Both the position numbers and the translations under genes were made by a program. From positions 23,498,001-23,562,000 of the forward strand of contig NC_083237.1 of NCBI RefSeq assembly GCF_032191835.1: 64,000 nt of DNA, written 5' to 3'. This document shows positions 27,066 to 40,523 of this stretch, in pieces. Positions within the stretch are counted from its first letter, which is position 1; each line of letters opens with the position of its first letter. The DNA is from Heteronotia binoei (taxonomy: Eukaryota). Under the pieces are notes generated by a model that searched no databases, was not told the DNA's origin, and worked only from the letters and a program-made list of their open reading frames with translations.

Positions 27066-27533
27066 ACTTTAAATGCTTTCTCCAAGCTGGCTGATTTGGG
27101 CAGTGGGGGCTTCAAGAGCCATACAATATATGTGAAAAATCCACATGTGACTCCTGAGCCGCAGTTTGTCCACCTCTGTTTAAGACTAACAAAGTTTTAT
27201 TCATGGTATAAGCTTGAAAAAGCTCTGTACAACTGCAGGGTCCTTGCACCATGCTGACTTGCCAGGGTGGCCCTAGACTGTCTGGCAGTCTAGGCAAGGC
27301 TAACGTCTGGTGTCCTTCCCGCATTGATAGTCATCAAGTCACATGGGGGCACCCAGTTTGGCACCCCCAGAAGGCTGGCACCCTAGGCAATCATCTAGTT
27401 CGCCTAGTGGCAGGGCTAGCCCTGTCGGCCTGTGTGTGCCTAGAGATTTCTGGTTGTCCACTGGAGTGGACTCCTGGGATTGCTGCCTCCAGGACCTCCT
27501 TTGCCTGACATCTCCACCACTCTCCCTCTCTAG

Positions 27534-27657
27534 AGCGTTACACCTCTGCAGATCGTCTTGGCTAATACGGCCCTCCATCTCAGAGCTCTTCTGGACTTTG
27601 AAGATGACCGGGATGGGAAACACATTGCTGGTGACGAATGGCTCTTTGAAGGACCTG
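27534..27657 (+). CDS. MVP: MVP coding exon 3
   Basis: [24 protein letters not shown]...GDEWLFEGP. Confidence 0.95.
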
Positions 27658-27738
27658 GTAGGCAGCGATCAGTTCCTTTTCTGCCCAGTGCGATTGGAGG
27701 CCTGGTCTGCTCTCATCACGTGCCTCTTTTGTTCACAG

Positions 27739-27870
27739 GCACCTACATCCCCCGCAAAGAGGCCGAGGTTGTGCAGACCATCCAGGCTACCATCATTCGG
27801 TCCAACCAAGCCATAAAACTTCAGGCCCGCAAGGAGTGTGTCGACAGAGAAGGAAACAGACGTGTGACAG
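27739..27870 (+). CDS. MVP: MVP coding exon 4
   Basis: [19 protein letters not shown]...RRVT. Confidence 0.95.
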
Positions 27871-27953
27871 GTACCGTCTCTGTCTCTTCCACAGCCGCCA
27901 GAGGGCTCTTTTTCTGTCTCTGATAGATCCTCCTCTTTCCCTTTTCTTGGCAG

Positions 27954-28048
27954 GTGAGGAGTGGCTGGTCAAACGGGTTGGAGCTTATTTGCCTGGAGTC
28001 TTTGAGGAAGTGGTTGACATTGTGGATGCTGTCGTGCTGACGGAGAAG
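27954..28048 (+). CDS. MVP: MVP coding exon 5
   Basis: [31 protein letters not shown]. Confidence 0.95.
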
Positions 28049-28129
28049 GTGAGCGTCTTGTTTGCTGCCTCTAGTGGCGGGTGGAAGAAGTCCTCTTTAG
28101 GGAGTGTCCCAGGGGACTCTTCTTTTTTT

Positions 28130-29020
28130 AAAATCAATTTTATTAATATAAACAAAATAAGTTACAGGAATTACCAAAACATCAGTTTGGTTATTGCTTC
28201 ATAATCCCAAGTGAGGAAGAATACAAAAAAGGGATAATACAACAAAGCTAAATCAAAATATTGGTAAATCTACATTGGAATAAAACCATTAACAAAATAT
28301 TAATAAATCATAATACTTAATCCCATACGATGAATCTATAATTCAGTCCTCAAATTACAAAACTATGAAATGTTGTCTGAGCACTTCGGACTCCTTGGCT
28401 GCTCTGCTTATAATTGATTGCACATTGGCAAGTTGGGAATAACTTCTTTCTTTCCTAAAGCAACATACAAGTAAATTCAAGGTGAGTAGCCATGCTAGTC
28501 TGTAGCAGTAAAATAAAACAGGAATCTGGTGACATCTTTTGAGACTTACTGAACTTATTTCAGCATAAGCTTTTGTAAGTCAGAGTGCACTTCATCCGTT
28601 ACACTGACATTTTAGTCCATTGCAACAATTAGTTTATATACCCAATTCATTTGCAAAATTCTGTGTTAATTCTACTTTGCCTATTGAACAGTTTTGCTCC
28701 CACCTACTCTTACAGTGCAAACCTAAATAGACTTGTACCCTTCTAAGCCTACTGCATTTATAAGGGCGTAACTCTGTTTACAATTGCACTATAAACTCTT
28801 TGGATTGGATCAAGGTTTTTATACCAGCCATTTTTTGTAACGTTTCCCCCCACCCATCAGTCCTCTCCTGTGTAGATTAGATCCAGCCAGTTTTTTCATT
28901 CAGTCTCCCAGTTTCTCTCCACACTACAGATCTTTTCCCATATGGCTGTTGTTTATGATCCCCAGCATAGCCTCTTTTTATTTTTTTGAGAGGTCAAAGT
29001 GAATCTCTCCTTAGTTCTTC
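28130..29020 (-). mobile_element. Possible degraded L1/Tx1-type LINE 3' region
   Basis: T-run then A-rich composition; fragments read like a LINE C-terminus; not confirmed by an intact ORF. Confidence 0.3.
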
Positions 29021-30082
29021 ACCAGCAGAAAAGCTGATTGTATCCAACTCTGTATATAGAGGAATGTGTGCTTTATGTGTCTAATGAGCTCTGACTCTTA
29101 AAACCTTACTGTGGAATAAATGCCACTGGGCTCACGTTTTATTTTGCTGCATTAACATTTTTGTAAAGGGAATAGACTGTCGTAAAATGGAATCGTTTGG
29201 GCGAATCCTGTTACAAAGGGGCATGGGTTATAGTTTATGGGACTGTTTATTGTATTCATGTCTTGTTTTTACTGCCTTGTTTTCTAATTTCTGTCATTTG
29301 GTTTTTGCATTTCTTATGCTGAATCTTAATCTGATCTTGTTCCATTCCCTTCTAACGTTGCATTCCCATTTGATGTCTCATGCTGTTCCTGCTGCGTTTT
29401 GCAAGCTGCCTTGAGTCTCAGTGAGAAAGGGGGACTACAAATAAATAGTAAAGAAATGTGGGCTTTTTCCCTCAGACTTAACAAACTAGAAAGATAACAA
29501 TATGTAAGAGGAGGGGATGGTAAAGGCAGAAGAGGGAGATCTGAAGCTGCCAGCCTGAACAAAGGGAATGTTTGTTCGTATCCTGTTGGGGGTCAAGGCT
29601 GATCTTCCTTGTGATTTATAGAAAGGTGTTCTTATTTGAATGGACAGATGGGAACTCTTTTGTAGCCTTTGGGTGGTGAGGAAGGTGCCCTTCCCCTTGC
29701 CTTAGCCATCCCTGGGCAAATGGCAGTTCCTTTTTCCAGCGAGGAGGTGGGTTGGAAGAAAAGTCCCAGCAGCTTCCACTGGGCCTAGGTCAGCCTTCAT
29801 CTTGAGATGGAGTTCTTCATACAGGATACTTGCCAACATTTGGATCCCCAGAAGTGACCTCTTTATAACCAGTGCTCTTGCATGGAGCCTGGTGTTTGCA
29901 AAGGTCTCTGAACATGCTGCTGTCATGAGCGCTCACTGAAGATCTCTGTGTTGTAGCAGCGATTTCCAGTCTGTGCATTGCAAGGATCCTGCAGATTGAA
30001 TGTTTGACTCTCTGAGGAAGAACCTCAGTAGGGGGGTTCCTGCGCTTTAACATCCTTCCTTTGCCATATCTCTTCCTCGAAG

Positions 30083-30319
30083 AAAGCGCTACATCTCCGG
30101 GCCACCAAGACATTCAAGGACTCCCGGGGAGTGGCGAGGAAGACGGGGGAAGAGTGGCTGGTCACCATGGCTGACACGGAGGCCCACATCCCCGATGTTT
30201 ACGAGGAAGTGCTGGGCATTGTTGACATCACCACCCTGAACAGCTGCCAGTACTGTGTGGTTTGTGACCCGGTGGACTCCAACGGCAAGCCACAACTCGG
30301 GCAGAAGAAGGTGATCAAG
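30083..30319 (+). CDS. MVP: MVP coding exon 6
   Basis: [28 protein letters not shown]...GQKKVIK; AAG acceptor, 237 nt. Confidence 0.93.
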
Positions 30320-31529
30320 GTAGGTCTGTGCCCGGGCCCAGGTGTGCAGCAGGCTGGCTGGGCACCCTGGCTGAGCTGCCAAAAGTGTCACAGCAATCTT
30401 ATCCCCACCATTCTAGTAGATCTACTTACACTTCCCTGGTGCCTTCATTTACATATGTTTGGCAGCAGGCCTGGGAGATACTGTTAGCAGCTTCTGTAGC
30501 ACCCTGGTTCTTCATCCAGGAATTCTGTCTGCCTTAACAGGTCAGCCATAGAGTTCTTTGCATTGCCAAGGAGTCTGGAGCATATTCTAGGTGTGTCATT
30601 AATTCATGCAAAGGGATCTTGCCGAGACATGGTCTGTTATGGCTGTGTCTTCAGGAGATGATTTGTAGTGGCAGGCAAGCCCCCTGTTGGGAGAGCTTCT
30701 CTGCCACTGCCAGTCCTTCTCTAAGGATCCACAGAACACCATTTGAAAGGCAGTCTTGTAGCCTGAGTGCTTGGAAGGGAGACCTCCTTGGAATACCAGC
30801 AGTCAGGAGGCTTGGGCAGGCTCTATTCAGTCACCTCTCTGCATATGCTCCAGGCCCCCGGTACAGGTCAGTCACCAGAGGTGACCATGACTCTCAGTTG
30901 TGCACACGCAGGCACATGCACATACAAAATACCAAAAAAGAAAAGCGGTCTTGTAGACGATGCATCTATTCCCATCTGTGTGGAGATGGGCTACACTTGC
31001 ACCCAGAACAAGGTCTCCATTTTACTGGAGGAAGGGGTGCCATTATTTTGTGCATGTGGCAACTGGATCTTTCCCACAGGTATGTAAACCTTAGTGCCAG
31101 TTGTAATGCACAGCTGCTGGATGAGTTCATGCCACATTTATTGTAATGTCTTCCTTAGCATTGGAGCATTTTGCTCAGCCATATTGGAGGGTGAAATTCC
31201 TTACCTACTTGAGGGGTCCAAGCCATCATCTCTGCATCCCCAAAACACCCTTCAGGCTTGGGGTAGGATCCTTGGAGCCCCCACCTGCTGCCCGTAACCC
31301 CCCCTGCCCCCTCCAAGCCTCCTTCATGCGTGCCATTGCTGGATTTCCAAAGGCCTCTCTTAGGGCAGAACAGCTGCCCCGTGTCCCTGCCTGCTGAAAG
31401 CGGTCTGTCATTGAGTCTCCTCTCTTTCCGCTGACCGAAGGCAGCTGTCGCCACTACCCTTGACACCCTTCTCTGCCTGGGGCAAGTGTTTCTCTGCATT
31501 CTTGGGGTTTGGGTGGGGAGGACCAGTGA

Positions 31530-31660
31530 GCGGGCTTCTAGTGTCCTGGCCCCACAGATGGACCTCCTGATGGTTCCTGGGGTTTTTTGGCCACTGTGCG
31601 ACACAGAGTGTTGAACTGGAAGGGCCACTGGCCTGATCTAACACGGCTTCTCTTATGTTC
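31530..31660 (+). mobile_element. CR1 3' end
   Basis: ggccactgtg..acacagagtgttgaactggaagggccactggcctgatc...tcttatgttctt. Confidence 0.65.
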
Positions 31661-33771
31661 TTCCTTGGCTGCCACCACTAGCCTTTCCATGTCCCTTGTG
31701 TGCTTTTACAAACACACTGTTTTTTAAACGTGAAGTGTTCTCAAAATCAGTCCATGGCAAAATGTTAAACAATGCACAGGTTGCCAAAACACATAAAGGC
31801 TCTTGAGGGAGGCCCTGGAAGGTGGGGGGGCTACCTCCTACACTCACTTTAATGGCATTTGGAAGCCAGAGGCAGGAGGGCTCCCAGCTGGGGCTGGCCC
31901 CGGGCACCCTGGAGGGGTGCCCAGCTGCTTCCTGCTTTCCTTCTGGATGGCCCTGTTGAATGCTGTTGGAAGCTGGTGGGGGAGGGGGCGTCAGCTGGAG
32001 CTGGATTCAGTCTCCACAGAGCCCCGCTGGGCTGCTTCTTGCCCTGCCTTTTGCTCGCTGGTGATGTTTGGGTCTCTAATGTTGGTAGGTGTACCTTCTG
32101 CGATTAAGGGTTTATCTCTGTCCAGCTATGGAAGTGGAATCCCAGAAATGCAGCATTACAGGGAGATGTATGTTATCAGCTAACCCTGTATATTTTTTGT
32201 CCGTGTGCCAGAGGCAAAGATTTCAAGTGAGCCCTGTATGTTCCAGAGCTGGTCTGGTTCTAGGAACTTTGGGCAGACAGTGCTCAGGAGACCCTCCTCC
32301 CCTCCTGTGCCCACCACCAGGACCCTTGCTTACATTCTCCATTCTTTGTTCCCACATACCACCACCTTTTTGTTGCATGCTCCTGCCTGTCTGCTCTTGG
32401 CCTCTCCCACCACCTGTGCTTGCAGCCACCAACATGCCCATTCCTCGGTAGTGCTAGGCAGGGATTTTTTTTGTAGCAGGAACGCCTTTGCATATTAGGC
32501 CACACACCCCTGATGTAGTCAATCCTCCAAGAGCTTACAGGGCTCTTCTTACAGGGCCTACTGTAAGCTCTAGAAGGATTGGCTACATCAGGGGTGTGTG
32601 ACCTAATATAGAAAGGAGTTCCTGCTACCAAAAAAAGCCCTGGTGCTGGGCAGTGGACATGGCTGGGAATGGCACTGCTGTGACTGTGCAGAGCGCCACT
32701 CGCACCACCTGCACCCTCTTTCCTGGGCAGCCAGGAGCATAGCAGGTGGAGGGCCTGTGAGCAAGGGTGGGGGGACGGAAGGGAAGGCAGGTAGCAGAGA
32801 ATGTGGGTGGGTGGGCAGGGGTCAGTGGCAGTGGGCCCTGGAGGAAACCCTGGCACCTGCTGGCCTTGTCCCAGATTGTCAGTTCCTTGCTTAGCAGATG
32901 GCTCTTGGATTTGCCTCCAGAATTTGGCCCCTGAAAACATCCCTTCCTTTCCATGCACAATCAGTGGAGGGAGACCCTCATCTGCCCCTCACAACACTGC
33001 CCCTCTGCTGTGCTCTTGCAATCTGTGAACACAGTTCTAACTGGCATTTCTCCGTGGAGCCAAAGAGAGGCTGTACCTCTGAGGCGAAAGAACTGTTTGA
33101 GAATGTTCTGAAAGTGTTGTCTGTACTCAGCCTGTATTGTGGTTATATTGAAGAGAGGGATATTATTTATTTAGATGAGTTCTGGGCTGTGCTTTTCATT
33201 TAAAAAGAAATGCTCAAAATAGGTTATGAAATTAAAGCATAACAATACAAGAATTTTATGTCAATCTGAAAGAACTTCTGAGGTCCTGCTTTTGCTGCCT
33301 TTTGGTTCCACGGTTGGCGATGACTGGAGACAGGGCCTTTTTCTGTGGTGGCACCCAGCCAGTCTCAAATATTCATTTGGCACCGTTTATGGGTTTTTTT
33401 ACATGCCATGTCTTATTTTCTTGAACAGTTGATGGGTTGTGTGTGCATACACCTTGCTATCTTGTGGTTGTTATGTTTTTGCACTGCCTCTTTCGGATAG
33501 CTTATATTTCATTGTGGTCATATGCCAACCTGGTAGCAGAAAGGAGAGGTATGAATATTTCAGGTACCCAGAGTGCATAGCTCAGGGAAGATCCCAGGGG
33601 CTTTCCAAGGTGTCCAGTTAATTGTTTTTCCTGACTGGAAGTGCTTGCTTATGTTTATGGCCCTGGGTCTCCTAGATGGGAAGGGACTGTTTGAATGACT
33701 ACATTCAAACAGGCTGTTTGTTAATAGCTATTTTGGGTCCATGTCCCTTGTAGGGGCATATATGCACACAT

Positions 33772-33942
33772 CAATACTCCCTCTAAGCTATAGAGTCTTG
33801 TGAGCAAAAATGCTACTTCATGAGCTATTGGCATGAAATTTGTGAGTTCTGGGGCCAGTTTTCTTGAGCCAAGAAAATGTGTGAGCTAGAGACTAAAATA
33901 CTGTGAGCTAGCTCACACTAACTCAGTTTAGAGAGAATATTG
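33772..33942. mobile_element. Short MITE (caatactccctctaag...ttagagagaatattg)
   Basis: Terminal inverted repeats; second copy at 40524-40717. Confidence 0.65.
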
Positions 33943-34084
33943 GCGCACATATAGAGCAAGTCAATGAACATAAGGAAGAGGGAACCAGGAGAAATGCAGA
34001 ATTTCAAAATGCCAAAATACAGACACACTCTCCCAGGCTAACGTCTTGAGCCTCACTTGTGTGTTTCTCACATCTGCTTTGCAG

Positions 34085-34210
34085 GGGGAGATGTCATTGT
34101 TCCTGCAGCCTGGAGAATGGCTGGAGAAAGGGATCCAGGACACTTATATCCTCTCGGAAGATGAGGGGCTCTTGCTCCGTGCGCTTCGACCCTTTGAAGA
34201 CGAGAACGAG
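34085..34210 (+). CDS. MVP: MVP coding exon 7
   Basis: [42 protein letters not shown]; GAG|gttaga donor. Confidence 0.92.
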
Positions 34211-34300
34211 GTTAGACCTGAGGGCTACGTTGGGTGGGGAAGGGGGAAAGGTGAGCTCTCCCAGGAAAGCACTGGAATATTTCTCTCTTTGCCTCCTTAG

Positions 34301-34459
34301 GATGGGGAGGAAGTGACTCGCAAACCAGGTGACCGCTGGCTGATCCAGGGGCCTCTGGAGTATGTGCCACCTGCAGAGGTGGAAGTGCTGGAACGGCGCC
34401 ATGCCATCCCGCTGGCAGAGAATGAGGGCATTTACGTGCGGGATATCAAGACTGGGAAG
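34301..34459 (+). CDS. MVP: MVP coding exon 8
   Basis: [24 protein letters not shown]...[14 protein letters not shown]. Confidence 0.94.
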
Positions 34460-34689
34460 GTGAGCAGAGCAGGTGGTGCAGCCACTTGGTGGCATGGCTC
34501 TCATCCTGTGCAGCAGAAACACTTTTGGGAATGAAAAAAAGACTTCCAAGGACACCTCTAACAAAAGTTGGATCCTGACAGTTCTTTCCAGCTGATCTCT
34601 CCCACTTTTTCTTCTCACAGACCACATCTTGTGTCATTTTTCTGCATGTTGAGTCTGGCAATCCCTGGCACAGATCCCAGTAGGCAGCC

Positions 34690-35045
34690 CTGTTGGTCTG
34701 AAGCAATAGAACAAAGCAGTAGACAACTTAGTTGGTCTTAAAGGTGCACTTGTCTACTGCTTTGTTGAGTCCCTGGCACAGTAGCTTTTTCTTGTCAGTA
34801 GAACAGCTGGTAGCTCCAATCCAAAGAGTCAGAGCTTCCCTGACCCGACTGTAAGTATGCCCACTTAGATCTGTGAAAAGTAGAGTGTGGTTTCTAGTCA
34901 GGAACTTCCCAGGTCAAACTAGGCAAGATGCTGGCAGATCTTGAATTCTTTAAGTCTAAGCTGACATACATCAGACAGGCACTCCATGCATCTGATGAAG
35001 TGTGGTCTGACTCTTGAAAGCTTATGCTGGAATAAAGTTAGTTGA
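34690..35045. mobile_element. Penelope-like terminal-repeat fragments with a hammerhead-like core
   Basis: gttggtctgaagca..gaacaaagcag, ttggtcttaaaggtgc, ctgatgaag...gaaagcttatgctggaataaa. Confidence 0.55.
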
Positions 35046-36231
35046 GGGAGGAGTTTCTCAACATGGATGACATGGAGCCCACCAGCATCTTTCCTGGGGC
35101 CTGCCAAATGTTTTTAGAAAGAGGGTGGGGTTAGGTGGGCCTTTAGCCCAGCAGGGCTTCTGATTGGTCACTGAAGATTTTATTGGCTTTGCAGATTTTG
35201 AAAGATGTTTTGGCAGCAGCTGCCACTACAGCTCAAGGATCTGTGACTGGAGGGAAGCTGTGGCAGCCATTTTATGGCTGGCTCCACCTCCTCTTGGCAG
35301 CCATTTTGTGGCTGCGCCAACCATACTGTGTCAGAATTCCAAAGGTGCCTGCAGCTCGGAAATGTTGGGGACCTCTCATTTAAGGTACCGTGGGACACTT
35401 GTTTAATTTTGTTGGAGTTCTGTGTTTAGAGCTCTGTCATGGCTTTTTTAAAAAAACCAACAACCAAGCAGGAACCAAATTTGAATAAAGAAAGTGAATG
35501 TTTAACCACACTGTTTTCTAGAGCTGAAACAGCTTGAGGGAACTGCTGCTTTCTCTGTTGAGCCATGCACTGGGTTGGATCCCATCATCCTTTTTGCTCA
35601 ATTGCCTGACCCACATGCCTTTTGTCCGTGCAGGTCCCATGATCTACTGCAAGGGCTGCCAGGCCAAGTGAGGGAGGCTTCCCGTAGGCACCCCATGGCA
35701 GGAGGGCTTGCCACATAGCACTTTCATGTCATTTCTGAGGGAAACCTGGAAGTGACATTGGGTAGCTCTAGGAATCAACAGAGAATGGGAGCTCGGGAAG
35801 CAGGACGTAGGAAGAGTACATGGTTTTACGTATGCTATGACATCACTTCCGGGGAAAACTCTGGAGTAGATGGGCATGACGTTGGATCTGTCCATGCCAT
35901 TCTTACGTTGCGGGTTTTCTAAGCGTGCAGCATGGCTTGCTTATTGCAGTCACCCAAGACCCTGGCTCTGCAGTCGACTCTTGCAGCACACACCTGACCA
36001 CTTGTGCTCTGGAATGGAAAAAATTCTTTAGTGGGGGCTCGCAAGTGGGTCAGCTCTGAGAACTGTAAAGACAGCTTCCCTTGAGAAAGCAGTTGTTTCA
36101 GGCTGTCATGGTAACTTGCTGGCCGTGGGAACCCTATTTTGTGTGTGTGTGTATACCAATCTTTTGGTGTGGAGGCTCAGCAAAACCCTCAGTCTTTCTC
36201 TCTCTCTCTCTCCTCTCCCTCCCCCACCCAG

Positions 36232-36470
36232 GTCCGAGCTGTGATTGGCCACACTTATATGCTAACTCAGGACGAGGAGCTGTGGGAAAAGGAGCTTCCT
36301 CCCCATGTAGAGGCCTTGCTGGGCTTGGGGAGGGACCCATCTGTGGATCGCTCCAGGGAAGCCTCTGAAGGGGGCAGTGGGGCACCCCGTGATCAGACCC
36401 GGGTGGTGACCTATCGTGTCCCTCACAATGCAGCAGTGCAAGTGTATGACTACAAGGAGCGTAAATCCAG
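36232..36470 (+). CDS. MVP: MVP coding exon 9
   Basis: [23 protein letters not shown]...[16 protein letters not shown]. Confidence 0.95.
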
Positions 36471-37150
36471 GTGAGAGGACTGGCAAGACCATGGATGGGA
36501 GGGTTGCCAACTTTCAGGTGGCACCTGGAGATTTCCTGCTATTACAGTGGATCTCTAGATGACCAAGATCAGTTCCTCTACATAAAATGGCTGCTTTGGG
36601 GAGTGGACTCTAAGGCATTGTACCATGCTGACCTCCCTCCCCTCCCCAAACCCCACCTTCCTCAGGCTCCACCCCAAACCTATTTCCCCAACCTAGAGCT
36701 GGCAACCCTAGTGAATGGGTTTCCTTGACTGTGTTGAGGCAGCAGATCAGAGGGTGGGGCCCAGGTGGGGAGAGCCTAGGAAATACCTGGCCAGAGGAGC
36801 GGAATTTGCAGGAGGTGAGGCAGAGGGGGATTGTGACATCCAGTTACAGGGGAATCACTGTCCAATGGTGCTTCATTCAGTTTTGCAGACTTTCATGATT
36901 CTTGTAATGAAACCCCAAATTTGCAATGGGATATAGTCCTATGAACTTTCTTGCTTCACAGTACTTACCTATGAGAGTGTGTAAGGATCGGTTTCTGTGT
37001 AAACTGCAATTTGTATGAATTCTGGATTTGTAATATTTTGAAATAATCATGCATGTTGACAATTGGTTAGTGGTTTATTGAGTTTGGTAGAGGCTGGTAT
37101 TCACAGAACTGTGTGTTTTCCTACTTGTTGGCAACCCTAGGTCTGAAGTG

Positions 37151-37424
37151 GAGAGCCAGTTTGGAGTAGTGGTAAAGTGCACGGACTCTCGTTTGGGAGA
37201 ACCTGGTTTGATTCCCCACTCCTCCACCTGCAGCTACTGGAATGGCATTGGGTTAGCCATAGCTCTTTTAGGAGTTGTCCTTGAAAGGGCAGCTGCTGTG
37301 AGAGCTCTCTCAGCCCCACCCCTTCACAGGGTGTCTGTTGTTGGGGGAGAAGATATAGGAGATTGCAAGCCGCTCAGAGTCTCTGGTTCAGAGAGAAGGA
37401 TAGGGTATAAATCTGCAGTCTTCT
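37151..37424 (+). mobile_element. tRNA-headed SINE copy
   Basis: Same consensus as 26033-26302. Confidence 0.8.
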
Positions 37425-39456
37425 GCCGCTGCCACCTCAGGACTCATTGTCTCCTGGTGCTGGGTGTGAAGAGCAGGCCAAAGAGGGGATAGAGTCTGAA
37501 AGGAGGGGCAGGGAAAGGCAATACATTGAAGGAAAGATTTCCTTGAAATAAGAAGCACCAGCCCTTCCGGCTGCCTGGAATTTATGGCCTGCAGTTGGCA
37601 GGAAACCTTTCCTATCGGTCTCAGATCCCTGGAGAAGCTGCTGGTGGTGGTTACTCAGCGTCAGCATTTAGGAAAATGTACACTCATGCTCCAAAGAGAA
37701 GAGCTGACACCGAAGGCAGCTCATATGACTAAGTCGTGCTCAAATTGGTGCCCTGTTTCACTGCGGGAAGAAGCCAGTTATGGAGGCCTCGTGTGAGGCC
37801 AGTGTTTTGTGTAGGCTTTTGAAGGGTTTTTTCCAGCTTCCAAAACATTATTTTCCAGCTTCCAAACCATGGTGTAATTGCACACTCAATGATGATCTAG
37901 TTAAAACAAGCCTCTACAAGCTTCTGAACAGAACTGATTTTCAGAAAGTGGCTGAGTGAGAATCCAATTTCCCTGCTTCTGGGACTCCAGGAGGGAGGCA
38001 ACCATATGCCACCATTTCCAGGAACAGGGTTACCAGGTCCTAGAAATGTCTGGAGACTTTGAGGGGTGGAGCCAGTAGACTTTGGGGGTGGAGCCAAGAG
38101 CAAGGGTGTGACAAGCATAATTGAACTCCCAAGGGAGTTCTGGCCATCACATTTAAGGGGATCGCATGCCTTTTAAATGCTTTCTCTCCATCTGGAAATA
38201 ATGGATGGGGCACCTTCTTTTGGGGTTCATAGAATTGAACCCCTTGGTCCGATCTTTTTGAAACTTGGGGGGTGTTTTAAGGAGAGGCACCAGATGCTAT
38301 GCTGAAAATCTGGTGCCTCTACCTCAAGCAACAGCCTCCCCAGAGTCCCAAATACCCATAGATCAATTTTCCATTATACCCTATGGGAATCAGACTCCAT
38401 AGGGAATAATGGAGTGTCCAGCAGACATTTCCCTACCCCCCACCCCGCTTTCTGATGACACAGAAGTGGGGGGAGGACCTCCAAACTGGGAGAACCCCTG
38501 CCCCCAACTGGGAATTGGCAGCCCTCCTGGGGAGAGAGTTCTGATGCTCTGGGGTGGTGGGTGGTGGTTGAGAGACCCCAAACTGACCAGAGATGATGGA
38601 TGCTGGTTAGTGAGAACTGCTGTATGAATTATCTTGACAATGTTGCACTTTTATGTTGAGTCTCTCTTGGAAGAAGTGATCAACGAAACAAGAGATTAGT
38701 CGATTCCTTTTATGGGACTAGGGACTACTACCATAATTGTCCCTTGACGGAATGCTTTAAAATGACAAACCTTTGAATGAACGTTCTGAAAGAACTATGG
38801 GAGTTTTTATCCCTTTACTCAGCATTCCTTGTGGATTTATAAAAGCAGGAAATGTTTAGTGAAGGTTTCTGCTCTTTATTGTGGGCTGTAATTGTATTGT
38901 TAGATTGGAATACATCTTATGAGATGCTTTGACATATATTTGAAAAATCATTATATAATTCTATACAGCCTGCATAGTACTTTTCATTATTTGGGTTTAT
39001 GATACCTATTGGGAGGGTTTTTTTTCCAGGGGAACATGGCAGAACAGAGTTCTGGAACCTCTTGGTGGAAAAATATTTAAAGTTCATGAGGGGTACCCAT
39101 GTGTTTCTCCTTCATTTCCTTCACTTCTGGTACCTCTTTTTCCAGAAAAAACTCTTGGTATTGTGTAGCACAGCCTCCAGGTGGGCCCTGGGCTTCTATC
39201 TACAAAGATCAGTTCCCCTGCTTCAGAGGGCAAACTCTATGATACATTATAGATTTTTAGGTGAAATCCCTCCTCAAGTCCACCCCTCTAAGGCAATGTG
39301 TCCAAATTTCCAGGAATTCCCTAGGCTGGAGTTGGCAACCCTAATTATGAAACCTGTAACAGGAGCTTCATGGGACAATCTTAAGTGCTGGGGAGGTTCA
39401 GCAGGTGTGTGTGGGGGGATCTCCAGCCTAAGAGTCAGTGCCTCTCTTCTTTTCAG

Positions 39457-39654
39457 GGTGGTTTTTGGACCAGAATTGGTGCTTCTGGCCCCAGATGAGC
39501 AGTTCACAGTTCTGAGTCTGTCCGGAGGGCGGCCTAAGCGGCCCCATGCCCGCCGTGCCATCTGCCTCCTCCTGGGGCCTGACTTCTGCACTGACATCGT
39601 CACCATTGAGACAGCTGACCATGCCCGCCTTCAGCTCCAGCTGGCCTACAACTG
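39457..39654 (+). CDS. MVP: MVP coding exon 10
   Basis: VVFGPELV...[20 protein letters not shown]. Confidence 0.96.
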
Positions 39655-39845
39655 GTGAGTGTCTGGAGGTTAGAGACCACAACTGGGCGTTGGGGGGGGA
39701 ATAAGAGGGGGGACTGCAGTGGGGTAGGGTGTAGTGGCAATCTGTGCAGAAAGGTGGAGAATCTCTTGTCAAAGAATGACATCATAGTTAATGTATGCAA
39801 ATCAAGCAGATTTATGCACTCTTGAATACTCTGCATGCCTCGTTC

Positions 39846-40080
39846 TGCCAGCATGGTGTAGTGGTTAAGAGCAGTAGGCTCTAGTCTGGAGAGCTGGGTT
39901 TGATTCCCCCCTGCCCGCCTCCATGTGACGCCTGCTGGGTGACCTTGGAGGCAAGTCTCTGTTCTCTCAGAGCTCTCTCAGCCCCACCCACCTTACAAGG
40001 TGCCTATTGTGGGGAGAGGAAGGGAAAGGCAATTGCGAGCTGCTTGCTTTGAGGCTTCTCGGGGTGGAGAATTTTCTTCT
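39846..40080 (+). mobile_element. tRNA-headed SINE copy, shorter subfamily
   Basis: ggtgtagtggttaag...gggtttgattcccc head and the same 3' core. Confidence 0.75.
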
Positions 40081-40523
40081 TATACATTCCAACGTATTGA
40101 ATTTGTAATATATGGGGGTAACGAGGAGTTGGCGGGGAGGGGAGCAGGCATGGCAGAAGAAATTTGGCTCAGGGGAATCAAAGAAGTTGGAAATGGCAAC
40201 ATAAGCAAGGAAGATGAAGTGTTCTGCTGGATTCTATGGCCCCATCCCCAAATGACTGGAAGTCCTGCTCAAGAAAGATAGAGACTGGGGCATAAGCAGC
40301 CACAGAGTGGTCTTAACCAACGGGCAACAGGGGCAGCTGCCCTGAGCCCCTTCTCACAGCCCCACCCCATAAAGCAGGGGAGAGCAGCAGAAGCGCAGAC
40401 TCCTGCCACAGCTTGGACCTTCCCCGTTTGGGGCTCGGGCAGGTGGCTTCCAATGGAGGTGTGGCCATGATGCTCAGAGCCCCAGAATCACTGAGGCTGC
40501 CCCTTTGTGCAAGAGGTCCTAAG

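Noticed and set aside
36830-37100. Compositionally odd AT-rich block with short ORFs; a similar block lies at 38.6-38.95 kb
   Set aside because: No motif or intact frame I can assign; probably old TE debris, needs RepeatMasker or Dfam
38999-39456. 219-aa ORF extending MVP exon 10 upstream
   Set aside because: The extension is intronic and includes MITE-like sequence; a clear acceptor at 39456 defines the exon
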